From: Epithemia pelagica
Lineage: Eukaryota; Protista; Bacillariophyta
Direction of reading: 5' to 3'
Assembly: GCA_946965045.2 (NCBI GenBank)
Contig: OX337228.1
Location: forward strand, 2,108,001-2,172,000
Length of the DNA: 64,000 nt
Shown here in pieces: positions 36,911 through 48,242 of this stretch. How positions within the stretch are numbered: position 1 is the first letter of the stretch; every line of letters begins with the position of its first letter. Under the pieces are notes generated by a model that saw nothing but the letters and a program-made list of their open reading frames with translations, was not told the DNA's origin and did no database searches. The position numbers and the translations under genes are program-made.

Positions 36911-38774
36911 ATGCAGTACGTCCTATGCGCAACCTTGTTTCTGGCTGTGGGTGCTGATTCAAGGTTGTTTCCATCAATATGTGGCTACGCTCCAAGAACA
37001 TCGGTCGTCGACGAATCACTACTTGACATGGTAAGCATCCTTATCGCACAAAGTGCTACAAACGAAGAATCTTACCCTTGTGGACTGGAAGGACTTGATG
37101 TCCATCAGGGAGCGGCTTTCGAAGGGACAAATGATGAATGCTCGAAATATATATGAGAGAGGGGGGCATTCATCTGCGGCAGCGGTGCTGACTCTTATAG
37201 ATCTCCCAGCACCACGCAGTTATCCCAGAGGGACACAAGTATTTGGTCTGACCAAGGCTCATCGTCGACCTGTGAGGGGCACATTGATGAACCAAATTCA
37301 GTGGAAGAATCAGGCTTCTAACGAAACAGTCATGGTGAAGTATGATCACTTTAATGGTTCTGATTCTCAACTCGTTTGTCACGTGGGTGGACTATACACT
37401 TTCGAATCGGCAAACCTCGATGGATGTAAGGATTCCAATCAAGACCATGTGATGTATTTGTCTTTCGTCGGCCTCACACAGCTTTCTATTCCCAGGTTTC
37501 CACGACGGAATTGGAGAAGTGGAGTTCGTGCTCCCTGGTAATGACAAAGGCACCGGCGAGATGTTCCCGTATACATACGACATTCGTGCTGGGAACATCA
37601 ACCTCAGAACATTTCAACGGTTCAGCGTAGCTGCAGATTCGACCATGAAACCATGCGAAAACTGTCCTTATATCGAATCCTTCCAGGCGTTCATGGCGTA
37701 CTATGGCGACTCAGACTATGGGGATAAATGGATCTTGGCAGCGTCTTTCGGAAATGGCACGTCGTATTCTAACACGAGGCGGGAGACGAACTTTGGTACA
37801 TTCTCGAAACTTGGAAGGTAAGCTGCTTGTGAGCAGTATCAAATCTGAGAAGTGGAAAAGTTCGGCTAAAACGTGTCCTGAATCACCTTTATCATCGCAG
37901 AGCTGAGGGATTTCTTCACGGCATCATTGCCTTGAATTTGCTGATGCAGGTTGTTAAGGAACTGGAACAGTCCGTCGAGCTTTGCAGTCAATGTGCCCAA
38001 GGACACTGTCAGAACAACGCTCACATTAACGCCATTGACAGATCGGTGGCCTTCTTTTGTGGATCGCTTGCTGGAGAAAACGGAGAAAAGAGCGGGTTTC
38101 TTCTCTATGACTTGGCCAGAAAAAGGCACAACCAGTTCCACCAGGAACCCCACCACATGGGTGACAAGATTGCTGACAACTACCGGCTGGGCCAGTCGAA
38201 CTTACTTGAGAAAAACTGCAACGGTGCTAGAAAGCAAAAAGATGTCATCATTGGTCTGCTGAAGGTGACTCTTATCCAAAGCGTACTGCGATATGCGTTT
38301 GTCAGAGAACAAGATAATTTTGAGGACGACCTGGAACGTGAGAAAGCAGTGTCACTCGGAGTAACGTACGCTGCAGCTCTACTGCCATTTGTTCATGTAT
38401 GCAGCGAGAATGATGCACAAATCGTCCATGAAAACATGCGTGTGGACGCGCAAGATCCTTCTTTTGTGGCTGTGAAATCTGCTCTGGAACGCCAGTATAA
38501 ATGTATGGGCATTACTTGTGCGGAAGTCGGCGGTGTGCTGATAGACGGTGGCTTTGTACAGATGGCTTCGCCTTGCATAGATGAGTATTCCCTTGTCCCA
38601 AGCGAGAAAGAACATGACGTCAAGAAAAGAGGACCAATCATTGGTTGCACTGCCACCATTGTTACGTTGCTTTCTGCCTGGTTCATCTACAAAACGCGAC
38701 GAATTCGGCGGCGTCATCACTATACTCCAAATTCCGCGGGAGTAAATATTGCAGCTGTTTCCGATCTTGCATGA
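36911..38774 (+). CDS. FEA1/low-iron-inducible periplasmic-family protein, paralog 3, type I membrane form (4 exons)
   Basis: Signal peptide, ICGYAPRTSVVD, YERGGHS, IDRSVAFFCGSL, LIQSVLRYAF, YKCMGITCAEVGG. Ends with a TM helix and a basic cytoplasmic tail KTRRIRRRHH. Confidence 0.72.
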
Positions 38775-38788
38775 ACGTGGGTATAAAA

Positions 38789-39711
38789 TCATTCTCGGAC
38801 TTTCCAACAATCGGGAGTCTTGTAGATGTATATCCCTTTATCAGAAATGGTGTGTTTCCACCCTGGAATAGTGAATACGTTTGAAAGCACAAAAGATCCC
38901 TCTGGAAGCTCGGTCTGCAGCTTCTTCCCCAGTTTCCCCATTATTGGAGCCAAACCATACTATCGCATGTCGCATCGAGGATTAGCCTTTAAACAAAATC
39001 TCAACAACAGTTTTCTCACTGGAATCTATACTCACCACGGCAACAACATGACTAGATCGCAAGTCTGTTTTCCAAATGTCTTTCAAGAAGAACGAGGTCG
39101 ATGACCAATACCTTGGTCCGTAGAGTAGTTTCTGTACAAGTGCCATGGAATGCAAGAGAGGCTACAATAGAAGCATACAGGGTGAGCGGAAAATGCTGAG
39201 TGAATTCAACGACTGCCAACACCACATCTTACGTTGATTTCGTAGCCCGAAGACGAATCAAATATACCCTCTCGCGCTGCTCGAAAGACCAAACGCCCGT
39301 CACCACTCCCCAGGTCAACGAAACGCAATCGCTCTTTCGATGTAACTCGTCGTTGGAGACATTTCTGTAAGCGGGACACCATGAGTTAACACTCATGAAT
39401 ATTGCATTCGAAGCAGCTCCAAGCATTCACACGAACCTCTTGTCGGAGTAGACGAAACATGGTTTCCATTTGACTTTGAAAGGTTGGTACGTAGGGTGCA
39501 CCTCGTCGCCAGAGAACGGGAGGGAGACTCAACAAGGGGACAAGTTGCACCAGAATCAAAGCTCCCAAGCTAAACGAAGCCACCACAAGGTGAGAATATC
39601 CTCAATAGATCCGTGAACAGTCAAGTATGGCCTTTTTTGGACTCACCCGACGGCAACTGCTGGATGCAACTTCGGCGAAGGCAACCTTTTGCCATCATCG
39701 ATCTTCTCCAT
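38789..39711 (-). CDS. FAM173/ATPSCKMT-like SAM-dependent protein methyltransferase (5 exons; not in the ORF track as one piece)
   Basis: Spliced reading gives MEKIDDG...N-terminal TM...GAPYVPT...FVDLGSGDGRLVFRAA...GYEINP...KDIWKTDL...VYGLAPIM...VLSNVFTIPGW. Confidence 0.8.
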
Positions 39712-39924
39712 TTCCTTCCTTGAAATTCCAAGCTCGCTCCATAGATCCTTCTCGCTCTCGACCCTTGAATCCGTAACGACGATATCTTTCCTTGACGACA
39801 TTGTTTTTTGTTTGTTGTGTCGAGGTTCCTAGATTGAGATGGGGGGTGTCAAAGAAATCTTTTTGGGGTACATCCTTGTTCACGCGACTCCGACTCCCCC
39901 TTAAATCCGATCGACGGAACATAC

Positions 39925-40406
39925 TCAATGTACACCCAAGTTAAGATGGGACCAAGGAACACGGTCAGGCCACGTCATGAAGTCTGAGCATTGGCGTTGG
40001 AGTGCAAGTCGGGCGGTCCACCCAAAAGAAGAGCCGGCCTCGCTGTCACACAAAGAATGAGGCAGAACGGGCGCGCAACTCGGAAGAGGAAATTCCAAAA
40101 AGAACATGTGCATCCCATCTACTGCGACAAAGCCTCTTCCATTCCATATCTCAAAGTGGACTGCCTCCAAATAGAGGATCGTCCGATTCAAGAGGCATGG
40201 GCACTCTTGAATCAAACAACAATGCGCCAACAATGGATCCCTAATGGAGCGCGACATGCGATCCATGACAGACAAGCAAAGACGCAGCAAACAAAACAAG
40301 AGGGACACGGAGAGCTCACTCTTTGGGTTTTCTACGGTTCGTCGGCGAAGGTCTGATCCCCTTTGGCGCCGTTCTTGATTTCTAAAGAGTTGAAACTCCA
40401 ACTTTC
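39925..40406 (+). repeat. Split direct repeat A1 (482 bp)
   Basis: Matches 48667-49148 with 2 transitions by eye (cacgg/catgg, tggag/tgaag). Confidence 0.95.
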
Positions 40407-40442
40407 TCTGCTCACTTCGCTCTCTTACTTACTCCTTCTACC

Positions 40443-42899
40443 ATGTCGGTTCCTCCTCCTCCTCCTCCTGCACAGGATGCTGATACGCTCCTCTCTGCGC
40501 TCGTCGCTTCGGCCTCCGTGGCTAACACCCCTGCGGCTGGGGCCGCCCGTCCTTCTACGGCGGCTCTGGGGGGGGATCGCGGTCAAATCTCCTTTGCTGC
40601 TGACCCTCCCACGGATGAGATGATGGTTCAAGGCACGGAAACCGCATTGTTTCCTGAGAGCACCATGGACCCTACTGTCCTTGGACGCTCTACTGGTGGT
40701 AGTAAGTTTGGTGTCGTGGCACTTCGCGCAAGCGAATGTGCAGACAAGTTGTTGTGTTTGGGTCTCAAGCGCGGCGGGGCAACCTTTTGCATCGACCCCA
40801 AGTGCGCTAAAGCCGGGGACCATGGAACTGGTCTAGCTCCCGTCGACTTGGGACCCTCAGGAGGATTGTTCATTACCAAGAACCCTGCCTCTGCCTTTTG
40901 CACTCCGGTTATCTCGTTGAGTGAGATCTCTCAGGAGACACTGGACCAAGTCCAGCATGAAAAACACACTATGGAAGAATGGACGAAGAAATTCGTTGCT
41001 ATGAAACGTCTTAATCAAGTTAAGAAAGAAGGTCACCTGGATGCCAGTCTGAAGGAAACGGAGCATAAAATCTCCAAGGCTGACTCCCTCCGTACCCCGT
41101 TTACACTCAAGAAAGCTACCTCTACCTCCACCTCCTTCGTCGTTGAAAATTTCTCTCCTCACCACAAGATTTTGGACGGGGATCTGCAGGATGTGATTCG
41201 GAAGATTACGGTTGACTCCTCCTTGGTTCCGATAACTCTTCGCGAAATCGAAGACTCGGTGATGGAAGCAGGAGAAGTGATCCAGACTTTGTCCTTGGAA
41301 CAACAAGCCATTTCGCGTCAAAACAGCACAGCCGTTGAAGCTCTAGGAATCAAATTTGATAAACTGTCCATGGAAATTGGACCTCGAGAGGACTTGCCAG
41401 ACGAGTACCAAGCCCCGACCCTCTGGGGAATCATCTCTTCGATGATTCGTTCCATTCAAGAATCCTCTCCCTTGACGACTGAATCTCACCAACGTGCTGT
41501 GGATAGTCGCCTTGCCGCGGTTGAGTCCTCTGTCGCTACTTTCTTCTCAACCATCCAAGGCCAAGTCTCTTCGAAGTTGTCCTCGACCCAAGTTGAGACT
41601 CGTAACTCGGTAGACAAGCTTCGAAACCAATTCGTTCAAGGCTTCAAAGGAATCCTCGATCGCTTGTCGGCCCTTGAATCCAACACGACGCTCACCAACC
41701 GTATCTTGACCATTGAAAACAAGATGTCGTCCCATGAAATTTTGCTTAGCCAACTGGGAACCTCCCCGCAGATGTTTGGTGCAACACAGACGACATCCAA
41801 CACAGGATCACCAGCCCTTCAAAACAAAGTCACTGCTCTTGAAGGGGAAATCGCGAATTTGAGGACCCTCTTGGGAGATGCCAATTTGGAAATGCAACGT
41901 CTCAAGGGCAAGGTCGACACTTCCACCATCAAGTTCGGAAATCTCGGCGTAGCAACGGTTGATGACTGCAAAGCCTGGGTGGCCCTCAAGTTCGGGTCAA
42001 GAGCGTACGGTCTTTTGTTTGATCTCAACTTGGTGCTTGAATGGTGTGCCCCGCAGGAGAATGGGGATGTTTTATCCATGCTGACTACCATGGAAAAACG
42101 ACACAAGATGCAGATCGCGACAACAAATGAAGCTCGAGCGATTTATGCGATGAAGAATGAATTTCCCCAGCTCTTGTACAAAGATTTCCCTGGCACCGGG
42201 CGGGACCCTTCGTTTCTCACTGCGATGAAAGAGTACTCGGATTGGGAGTCGCCCGAGACGGGAGTTCGTGACCGAATCCTGAACCGTCTAGGCAATATGA
42301 ATTCTATGTTCGGAGAACAAATTGCCACAACGATGGCCAATGAACCTGAAGCCCGTTCCTTAGCTTTATCTATGCTATCTGTTTCGGTGGGTTGTTGCCG
42401 TGAATTGGTAACCTATTTTGATGAAACCATGAATGAACTCACTATCAAGTCGAAGTTCACTACCCGCAAGGCCTTCAGTTTGGTTACCCAAGTGGTCAGG
42501 CGCTTCTTCATGGACTTATACAAGGTTAGGGCTCAAGTCTACTCGTCCCTTTCGACCACTGATAGTGCTGGCCAGTGCGCATGGATACTCTACGGCGTTC
42601 TTCGTACCCACGATGTTATGAGCGATTACGTCAAAGCTCGTTTCAAGAACCATCCGTCCGTTTCAAGCGAATACATTCGCTTCCTTTCCACCAACTCGGG
42701 CTTCGAGTCCCTCAAGACGCTAGAAGATCAAGTGGAATCCTTGAAGCGTACCTCTGCTCAGTTGGTCAAAGATGTTACCTCGGCCAAGAAAGCTTCCGAC
42801 ACGGCCAGCAGCACTGTGGACAGTGTAAAAAAGGATGTGAACGAATTGAAGAAACAAGCCCAGCGTCGTGGTGGATCTACCAACGGTGACAAGAAGTGA
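40443..42899 (+). CDS. Gag-like ORF1 of the YR retrotransposon (818 aa)
   Basis: First ORF after A1. N-terminal Cys/His cluster CLG...FC....C....H, coiled coils, C-terminal FKNHPSVSSEYIRFL. Confidence 0.75.
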   Translation: MSVPPPPPPAQDADTLLSALVASASVANTPAAGAARPSTAALGGDRGQISFAADPPTDEMMVQGTETALFPESTMDPTVLGRSTGGSKFGVVALRASECADKLLCLGLKRGGATFCIDPKCAKAGDHGTGLAPVDLGPSGGLFITKNPASAFCTPVISLSEISQETLDQVQHEKHTMEEWTKKFVAMKRLNQVKKEGHLDASLKETEHKISKADSLRTPFTLKKATSTSTSFVVENFSPHHKILDGDLQDVIRKITVDSSLVPITLREIEDSVMEAGEVIQTLSLEQQAISRQNSTAVEALGIKFDKLSMEIGPREDLPDEYQAPTLWGIISSMIRSIQESSPLTTESHQRAVDSRLAAVESSVATFFSTIQGQVSSKLSSTQVETRNSVDKLRNQFVQGFKGILDRLSALESNTTLTNRILTIENKMSSHEILLSQLGTSPQMFGATQTTSNTGSPALQNKVTALEGEIANLRTLLGDANLEMQRLKGKVDTSTIKFGNLGVATVDDCKAWVALKFGSRAYGLLFDLNLVLEWCAPQENGDVLSMLTTMEKRHKMQIATTNEARAIYAMKNEFPQLLYKDFPGTGRDPSFLTAMKEYSDWESPETGVRDRILNRLGNMNSMFGEQIATTMANEPEARSLALSMLSVSVGCCRELVTYFDETMNELTIKSKFTTRKAFSLVTQVVRRFFMDLYKVRAQVYSSLSTTDSAGQCAWILYGVLRTHDVMSDYVKARFKNHPSVSSEYIRFLSTNSGFESLKTLEDQVESLKRTSAQLVKDVTSAKKASDTASSTVDSVKKDVNELKKQAQRRGGSTNGDKK

Positions 42900-44290
42900 C
42901 GGTGTGCCGCGCCTAAACTAGATGAAAACGTTTCGTATGTTGACTCTGGTTTAGACGCTGGTAGTATTGCATCATCTTTAAGCAGTCTGGGACCTGGCTC
43001 TCCTGGTGGTGTTGGTGCCAAACGTCCAGCCTCACCACCCCCTAGCATTGTCGTTTCGGTCAAACGCTCCAGGCATCGTCCTACTGATCGCGGATCACGG
43101 ATCTTCCGAAGTGATTTGTCGTGTCTTATCCTTGGTCAAACATCCCTTTCGTGGGGACTTGGTCTCAGTCTCGGGGACTGGCACGGCATTTACATGTTGG
43201 CTGCTGAGTATGAAGCACGACGAGAGAACCCCTTTTGGCGTGCCGTTTTGCTTCATTTTGGGGATAAGCTCCACTTAGTCCCCAGCATCGATGTTGTTCT
43301 GGGACGAGGGATCATTTCGGTTGTACTGTTGGAAGGCGATCCTGATTACCTCGCGTCTTCCTTGCTTTTCGTCCCTCCGAGTTGGCCTGTTTTATTGTTG
43401 CTTCCTTCGGGATGGAGTCGCCCCACCCTTCCTCAAGTCCAATGGTTGTCGGTCACCCATCGTCAATGTGGTGGTGTCACGACCGCTCGTGTCCACGTTG
43501 GGCGTCGTGGTATACCTCCGTTGTTTTTCCATGTCACCACGCGGCGCACGCTGGGTTCGATCATCTCGCATTCAATCCGTCCTTCCCCGTGTGGGGCGCC
43601 CACTATCCCTGATCCTTATTACTCCTGTGACGATCAGTTGCACACCCGTGCTCTTTTCAAGTCTATTCGGTTGTCCACACACTTTTCAAAGACGGGTTGG
43701 GGTTGTCGTCCGCTTACTGAAGAAGAAATTGGAACGGCGTTCGATTTGCCGCTTTGGGTCATCAATGATTCGATTGCTTTTCGTTGGTGGTCCTCCCACA
43801 TGATTCATCCGCGAGTTACTCCCATCAAGATCCCAGCTTTAGTGTTGAATTCCGCTTTACCACACTTGGACCCTGTTCTGATTCACCACACTAGTACCGC
43901 CGGCAACAAACATGGTGGACCCTCATCCCCGTTTCGTCCCTGCAAACGCGGCCGTTGGTTGACCCCTCTTTCGGAAACTGTCCAAGATGGCGTCCTGGGT
44001 ACCACCTTTTCCTTCTTGCCCGCTTTTCTCCCTCATGACGCGTGGCTCGACGATTCCAAGATTGCGGATATTGCGGTTAAGGCAGACGACGCCCTGGCCC
44101 CTTTTTGGATTTGGGATGGGCGGATTCGGGGCATCTACCCTTGGATCACAGATTCGGCGCTTTCAGGCTTCCGCTTGTTGGCTTTGCTTTGGTGGCGTCG
44201 CTCCTTGGTGCGGAGTTTCTTGGCTTATTTACGCTTGCGGTTTGGTGCGAATTGGCCAGCCTTAGTGGCCTCTTCACCACTCCAGGGGGG
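42900..44290 (+). CDS. ORF2, in frame with ORF1 after TGA; degenerate C5-cytosine-methyltransferase-like region
   Basis: Open in the ORF1 frame from 42900 (CGG TGT GCC...). Motif remnants VVLLEGDPDY, WLSVTHRQCGGVTTARVHVG and RPLTEEEIGTAFDLP. Confidence 0.55.
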
Positions 44291-46827
44291 GGGAGGAGTC
44301 TTTCAATTTCGATTCGTTTCCCGTCCTGCTAGCCGCTGGCCGCTGTGTCTTGTCCCAACTTCTTCGTTCCACCTGGTGGGACTGGGATGCGGGTTCTTCG
44401 TTGATTTTTTGGCGCTGGAACGGCCTCTCCCAACAAGCAGATGCCTGGTTTGGCACTCCCATCCATGTCACCGATGCTCTTCCTTCTTATCATCGGCGTC
44501 AGCGTGCCCCTCCTGCGGACATGCTCCCTCAAGTTTCCAAGAAATTATCAACCGTGCTCGAGCGTGGTTATTTGGACGGTGTCTCTCCTCCCTCCAGCAT
44601 GACCGACTATTTCGCTGTTCCAAAAGGCGACAATGACATTCGGATGGTCTATAATGGCACAAGCTGCGGGTTGAATAAGTCTCTGTGGGCACCGAATTTT
44701 TGGTTACCAACGTCTGAGTCGGCTCTACGACTATTGACCACCGATTCCTACTGTGGGGACATGGATTTGGGGGAAATGTTTTTGAATTTCCCCATGGACG
44801 TACACCTTCGACCCTATGCTGGTGTAGACATGAATCCTGTCCAGTCACACCTCACCCCAGAAGCTACAGCCCTCTCTCCTGAATCTGGTAGGGTGCGGTG
44901 GAATCGTTTATTTATGGGTATGCTTCCGAGTCCGTTCCACGCCGCCCGCCAATACTACCTGGCTGAGGAAATAGCAAAAGGAGCACCACAGGATCCAACC
45001 AATCCGTGTGGTTTTGATTCAATTCGCTTCAACATCCCTGGCTCCGCCGATTATACCCCAACTTTGCCTTGGGTCATGAAGTGGAGCTCTAGACTCGACA
45101 ACATTACGGGAGATGTAGTTACCTACATGGACGACTTGCGAACGGTCGGTTCCTCAGCCGAACATGCATGGCAGGTGGCACGCCAACTGGGGGCTAGATT
45201 GCAATATCTAGGAATTCAAGACGCACCTCGAAAGCGGAGACCACCTTCCAAAACTCCCGGCGCATGGGCTGGCAGTGTACACCATATCTCAGCCACGACC
45301 ATATCAAAAACCCTCACCCAAAAGAAATGGGACAAGGGCAAGAAACTCCTGGAAAAATACGTGGATGCATATACCAAGAGTGACTCTCCCACGTTCGATC
45401 ACAAGCAAATGCAACGAGACGTGGGCTTCTTCGTTCATCAAGCGCTGACCTACAATTCGCTAATGCCCTTCTTAAAGGGATTCTATTTGACTATGAATGT
45501 TTGGAGACCCGGGCGCAATGGCGAGGGATGGAAGCTGTCAACAAGGGAGTGGCTTTCCCAGTTACAAGAAAAGTTTGGGGACGAAGAAATCAACACCATT
45601 TGTGGTTTCTTAGACACAGATGAAGATGAAGACTCGCATGCAGAATCAACCAACAAAGAAAAGGACATTCCACCAGCACGGGTCAAGGCAGTTCCGAGGC
45701 TGCGAACCGATGTACGAGCCATTGCGGTCATGCTAGGTTCAGAGGATCCTCCCAAGGTCCAAGTCAGGTCGGACACTATCTTTGTTGCATTATTCGGATG
45801 TGGCGATGCTTCGGGATGTGGATTCGGGGCAGCCTTCCAACTCCCTCAAAAGAAACTGTCGTATAGAGTGGGAGCATGGGGAAAGGACATCGTGGTAGGT
45901 GAATCTTCCAACTGGAAGGAGTTTACCAACTGTGTAGAGTCGCTGGAGGAAGAAGCGTCCTTGGGCCATTTGGACAACACAGAAGTCTTCTTCTTCACAG
46001 ACAACTCAACCGTCGAACGTTGTTTCTACAAGGGCTCATCATCAAGTCCAAAACTGCTAGAACTAGTGATCCGTCTACGACGACTAGAGATGCGCCATGC
46101 GATACGGCTGCATATCTCCCACGTATCAGGAAAGAGGATGATCGCTGTGGGAGTGGATGGCATTTCTAGAGGGCAATTGAACGAGGGAGTCATGGCTGGG
46201 ACTCCCATGTTATCCTATATTCCTCTTCACAAGACCCCATTCCAGATGTCCGAGAATCTGTTCGAATGGGTTCGTTCTTGGTTGGGACCCAAAGCAGAAG
46301 CACTAACCCCCATGGACTGGTTCACAACAGGCCACGACATCCGGGGATGGTCCCTCCCAACAGAACATAACAAACTGTCCCTGCCTATCCTTCGGCCAGG
46401 ACATTTTGTGTGGGCTCCGCCTCCAGGAGCAGCTGATGTGGCTCTCGAGGAATTGAGAAAAGCACGTCACAAAAGACAATCTTCCATGCATGTTTTTCTT
46501 TGTCAGCGTCTGCTTACTCCGAAATGGTATAAGCAGTTACACAAGGCATGCGATTTGGTTATGGAGATCCCTGCTGGAACTTCTTTTTGGCCTGAAGGAA
46601 ATTATGAACCTCTCATCGTTGGTCTTGTTTTTCCTTTTATTAGGGCACAGCCGTGGCAATTGCGGGGCACCCCAAAAATGTTCTCAATGGACCGCCAATT
46701 GCGCAAATTGTGGAAAGAAGATCCAGTAGGTGGAAGGGATCTTCTGCGGAAATTTTGCGTTCAGTGTTGGAAAATGCAGTCCATGTCGAAACGCATGGTG
46801 CGCAAGTTGTTATTCTTCGAACGATGA
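44291..46827 (+). CDS. Reverse transcriptase - RNase H - MT-like ORF of the YR retrotransposon
   Basis: YFAVPKG..DIRMVY, DMDLGEMFLNF, LFMG, YMDD (45124-45135); RNaseH GDASG, NWKE, FTDNST, VDGISRG. C-terminal FVWAPPP...HVFLCQRL..PKW resembles the DIRS MT domain. Confidence 0.9.
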
Positions 46828-48214
46828 GGGTCGGTTCTTTGTGGCTTCCAGGAACTTGATGGTGGAAGAGTCGGACGCGGACCGGATCGTGGCAGCCACT
46901 TGGAGAGCGCGTACAAAGGACCGACGAGAAGATTATAGTCATGCACGAGCGGGTGATCACTTGATGACCCCTTTCGAGTGTGATTGGTGCATCTTTCGAA
47001 AGTTGAGAGGTGAGGAACCGGACCCGAAAAGCGTGCAAGACAAGTACTTGATGGTGTGTGTGAGACGCATGAATCTCGATGCATTTTGGAGTCGGGCAAC
47101 AAGCACGGTTGCGCAAAACACTAGAAATGCCAAAAAGATGATTGAGAAGTCAATGAAAGTGGGAATCCCTTATGGACCGTTCATGAGCCATGGCCCGTTC
47201 CCGAGTTACGATCATTGTGGGTACCAAGTGGCATATTTGATGTTGGACAGTTCGTTGGACGAAGGAAAGTATCATACGGATAGAAAGCAATTTGACACCA
47301 TCCGGAAATTACGATCGGTGTACTCCAATCACGTGAGAGCAACACCGGCCACTTTGGTTGATAATCGACCCCTGGTTTTGACGGACAATAATGGGAAAGC
47401 CTTCTCTCGGTTGGGCCAAGACGAGAGCGGATCATTATGGTTTTCAAGATTTGTTGAAGGTTGTCGCCGACGGATGGGCCAAGACTGGCGCCCGGACCAA
47501 GCAATATCTAGCGAGTTGGTTGTTGCGTTGCTGGGTTCCTTGGAGGAAGAATTGAGGCACGCAAACAATGTGACGGACCCATTTGTGACGGTTATGGCGG
47601 GAACCTTTTATGCTGTGTCTTTCGCTTTGTCCTTGAGAGGGCCGGAAGGGCTGCTCCTTGATTTAGGAGCCATGACTCGATATGCAGATCTTTACAAGGA
47701 CCGGGATTGCGTGGTGGTTTGTCTTTGGGGCCAATTCAAAGGCGAGCATTCTGAACGGGCTCATCTCCTCCCCTGCTGCAATGTAACAGGGAGTGGAATC
47801 AAAGTTCGCCAATGGTTGAACAGAGCAATGGTCTTGTCTCGGGACATTGGACGAACGACCGGGCCGTTGATGATGGATCGAAAGGGTGTACCCATCGCGC
47901 CACGAATGCTGGATGACATCCTGCATCGACATTTGTGCAAACTTTTCGACAACGATAAAAACCTTTTTCCTCTGACTGTCATCAAAGGGGAAGAGGACAT
48001 CGTCACAAAATACTTTGTGTTCCGATCTTTCAGACGGGGTTCGAATACAAGAGCAAAAGAGGTGGGCGTCGAGCAGCCAGACCTTGAAACTGTCAACCGA
48101 TGGAGAATAAAGGAGAGAGCAGGAGCCAATAAACCAGGCGGGGCCATTGACCACATGTATGCAGACCTGTCGATGCTTGTGGGGCCGTTTCTCCGGTACA
48201 GTTCTGCAATGTGA
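46730..48214 (+). CDS. Tyrosine recombinase of the retrotransposon
   Basis: SLRGPEG (catalytic R), RSFRRG (H-x-x-R position), NRW and HMY (catalytic Y). Cys-rich N-terminus. Overlaps the RT ORF by 98 nt. Confidence 0.85.
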   Translation: MEGIFCGNFAFSVGKCSPCRNAWCASCYSSNDEGRFFVASRNLMVEESDADRIVAATWRARTKDRREDYSHARAGDHLMTPFECDWCIFRKLRGEEPDPKSVQDKYLMVCVRRMNLDAFWSRATSTVAQNTRNAKKMIEKSMKVGIPYGPFMSHGPFPSYDHCGYQVAYLMLDSSLDEGKYHTDRKQFDTIRKLRSVYSNHVRATPATLVDNRPLVLTDNNGKAFSRLGQDESGSLWFSRFVEGCRRRMGQDWRPDQAISSELVVALLGSLEEELRHANNVTDPFVTVMAGTFYAVSFALSLRGPEGLLLDLGAMTRYADLYKDRDCVVVCLWGQFKGEHSERAHLLPCCNVTGSGIKVRQWLNRAMVLSRDIGRTTGPLMMDRKGVPIAPRMLDDILHRHLCKLFDNDKNLFPLTVIKGEEDIVTKYFVFRSFRRGSNTRAKEVGVEQPDLETVNRWRIKERAGANKPGGAIDHMYADLSMLVGPFLRYSSAM

Positions 48215-48242
48215 CGACCAAACCAAGATTCTCGGTGGAGGG

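Noticed and set aside
39925-40401. ORFs of 121-269 aa within repeats A and B (also 48667-49476)
   Set aside because: They recur only because the repeats recur; no motifs; lie in terminal non-coding repeats.
46750-46756. A AAT TTT slippery heptamer as the RT-to-YR frameshift site
   Set aside because: It is phased in the YR frame, and a -1 shift from the RT frame would not reach YR, which is +1.
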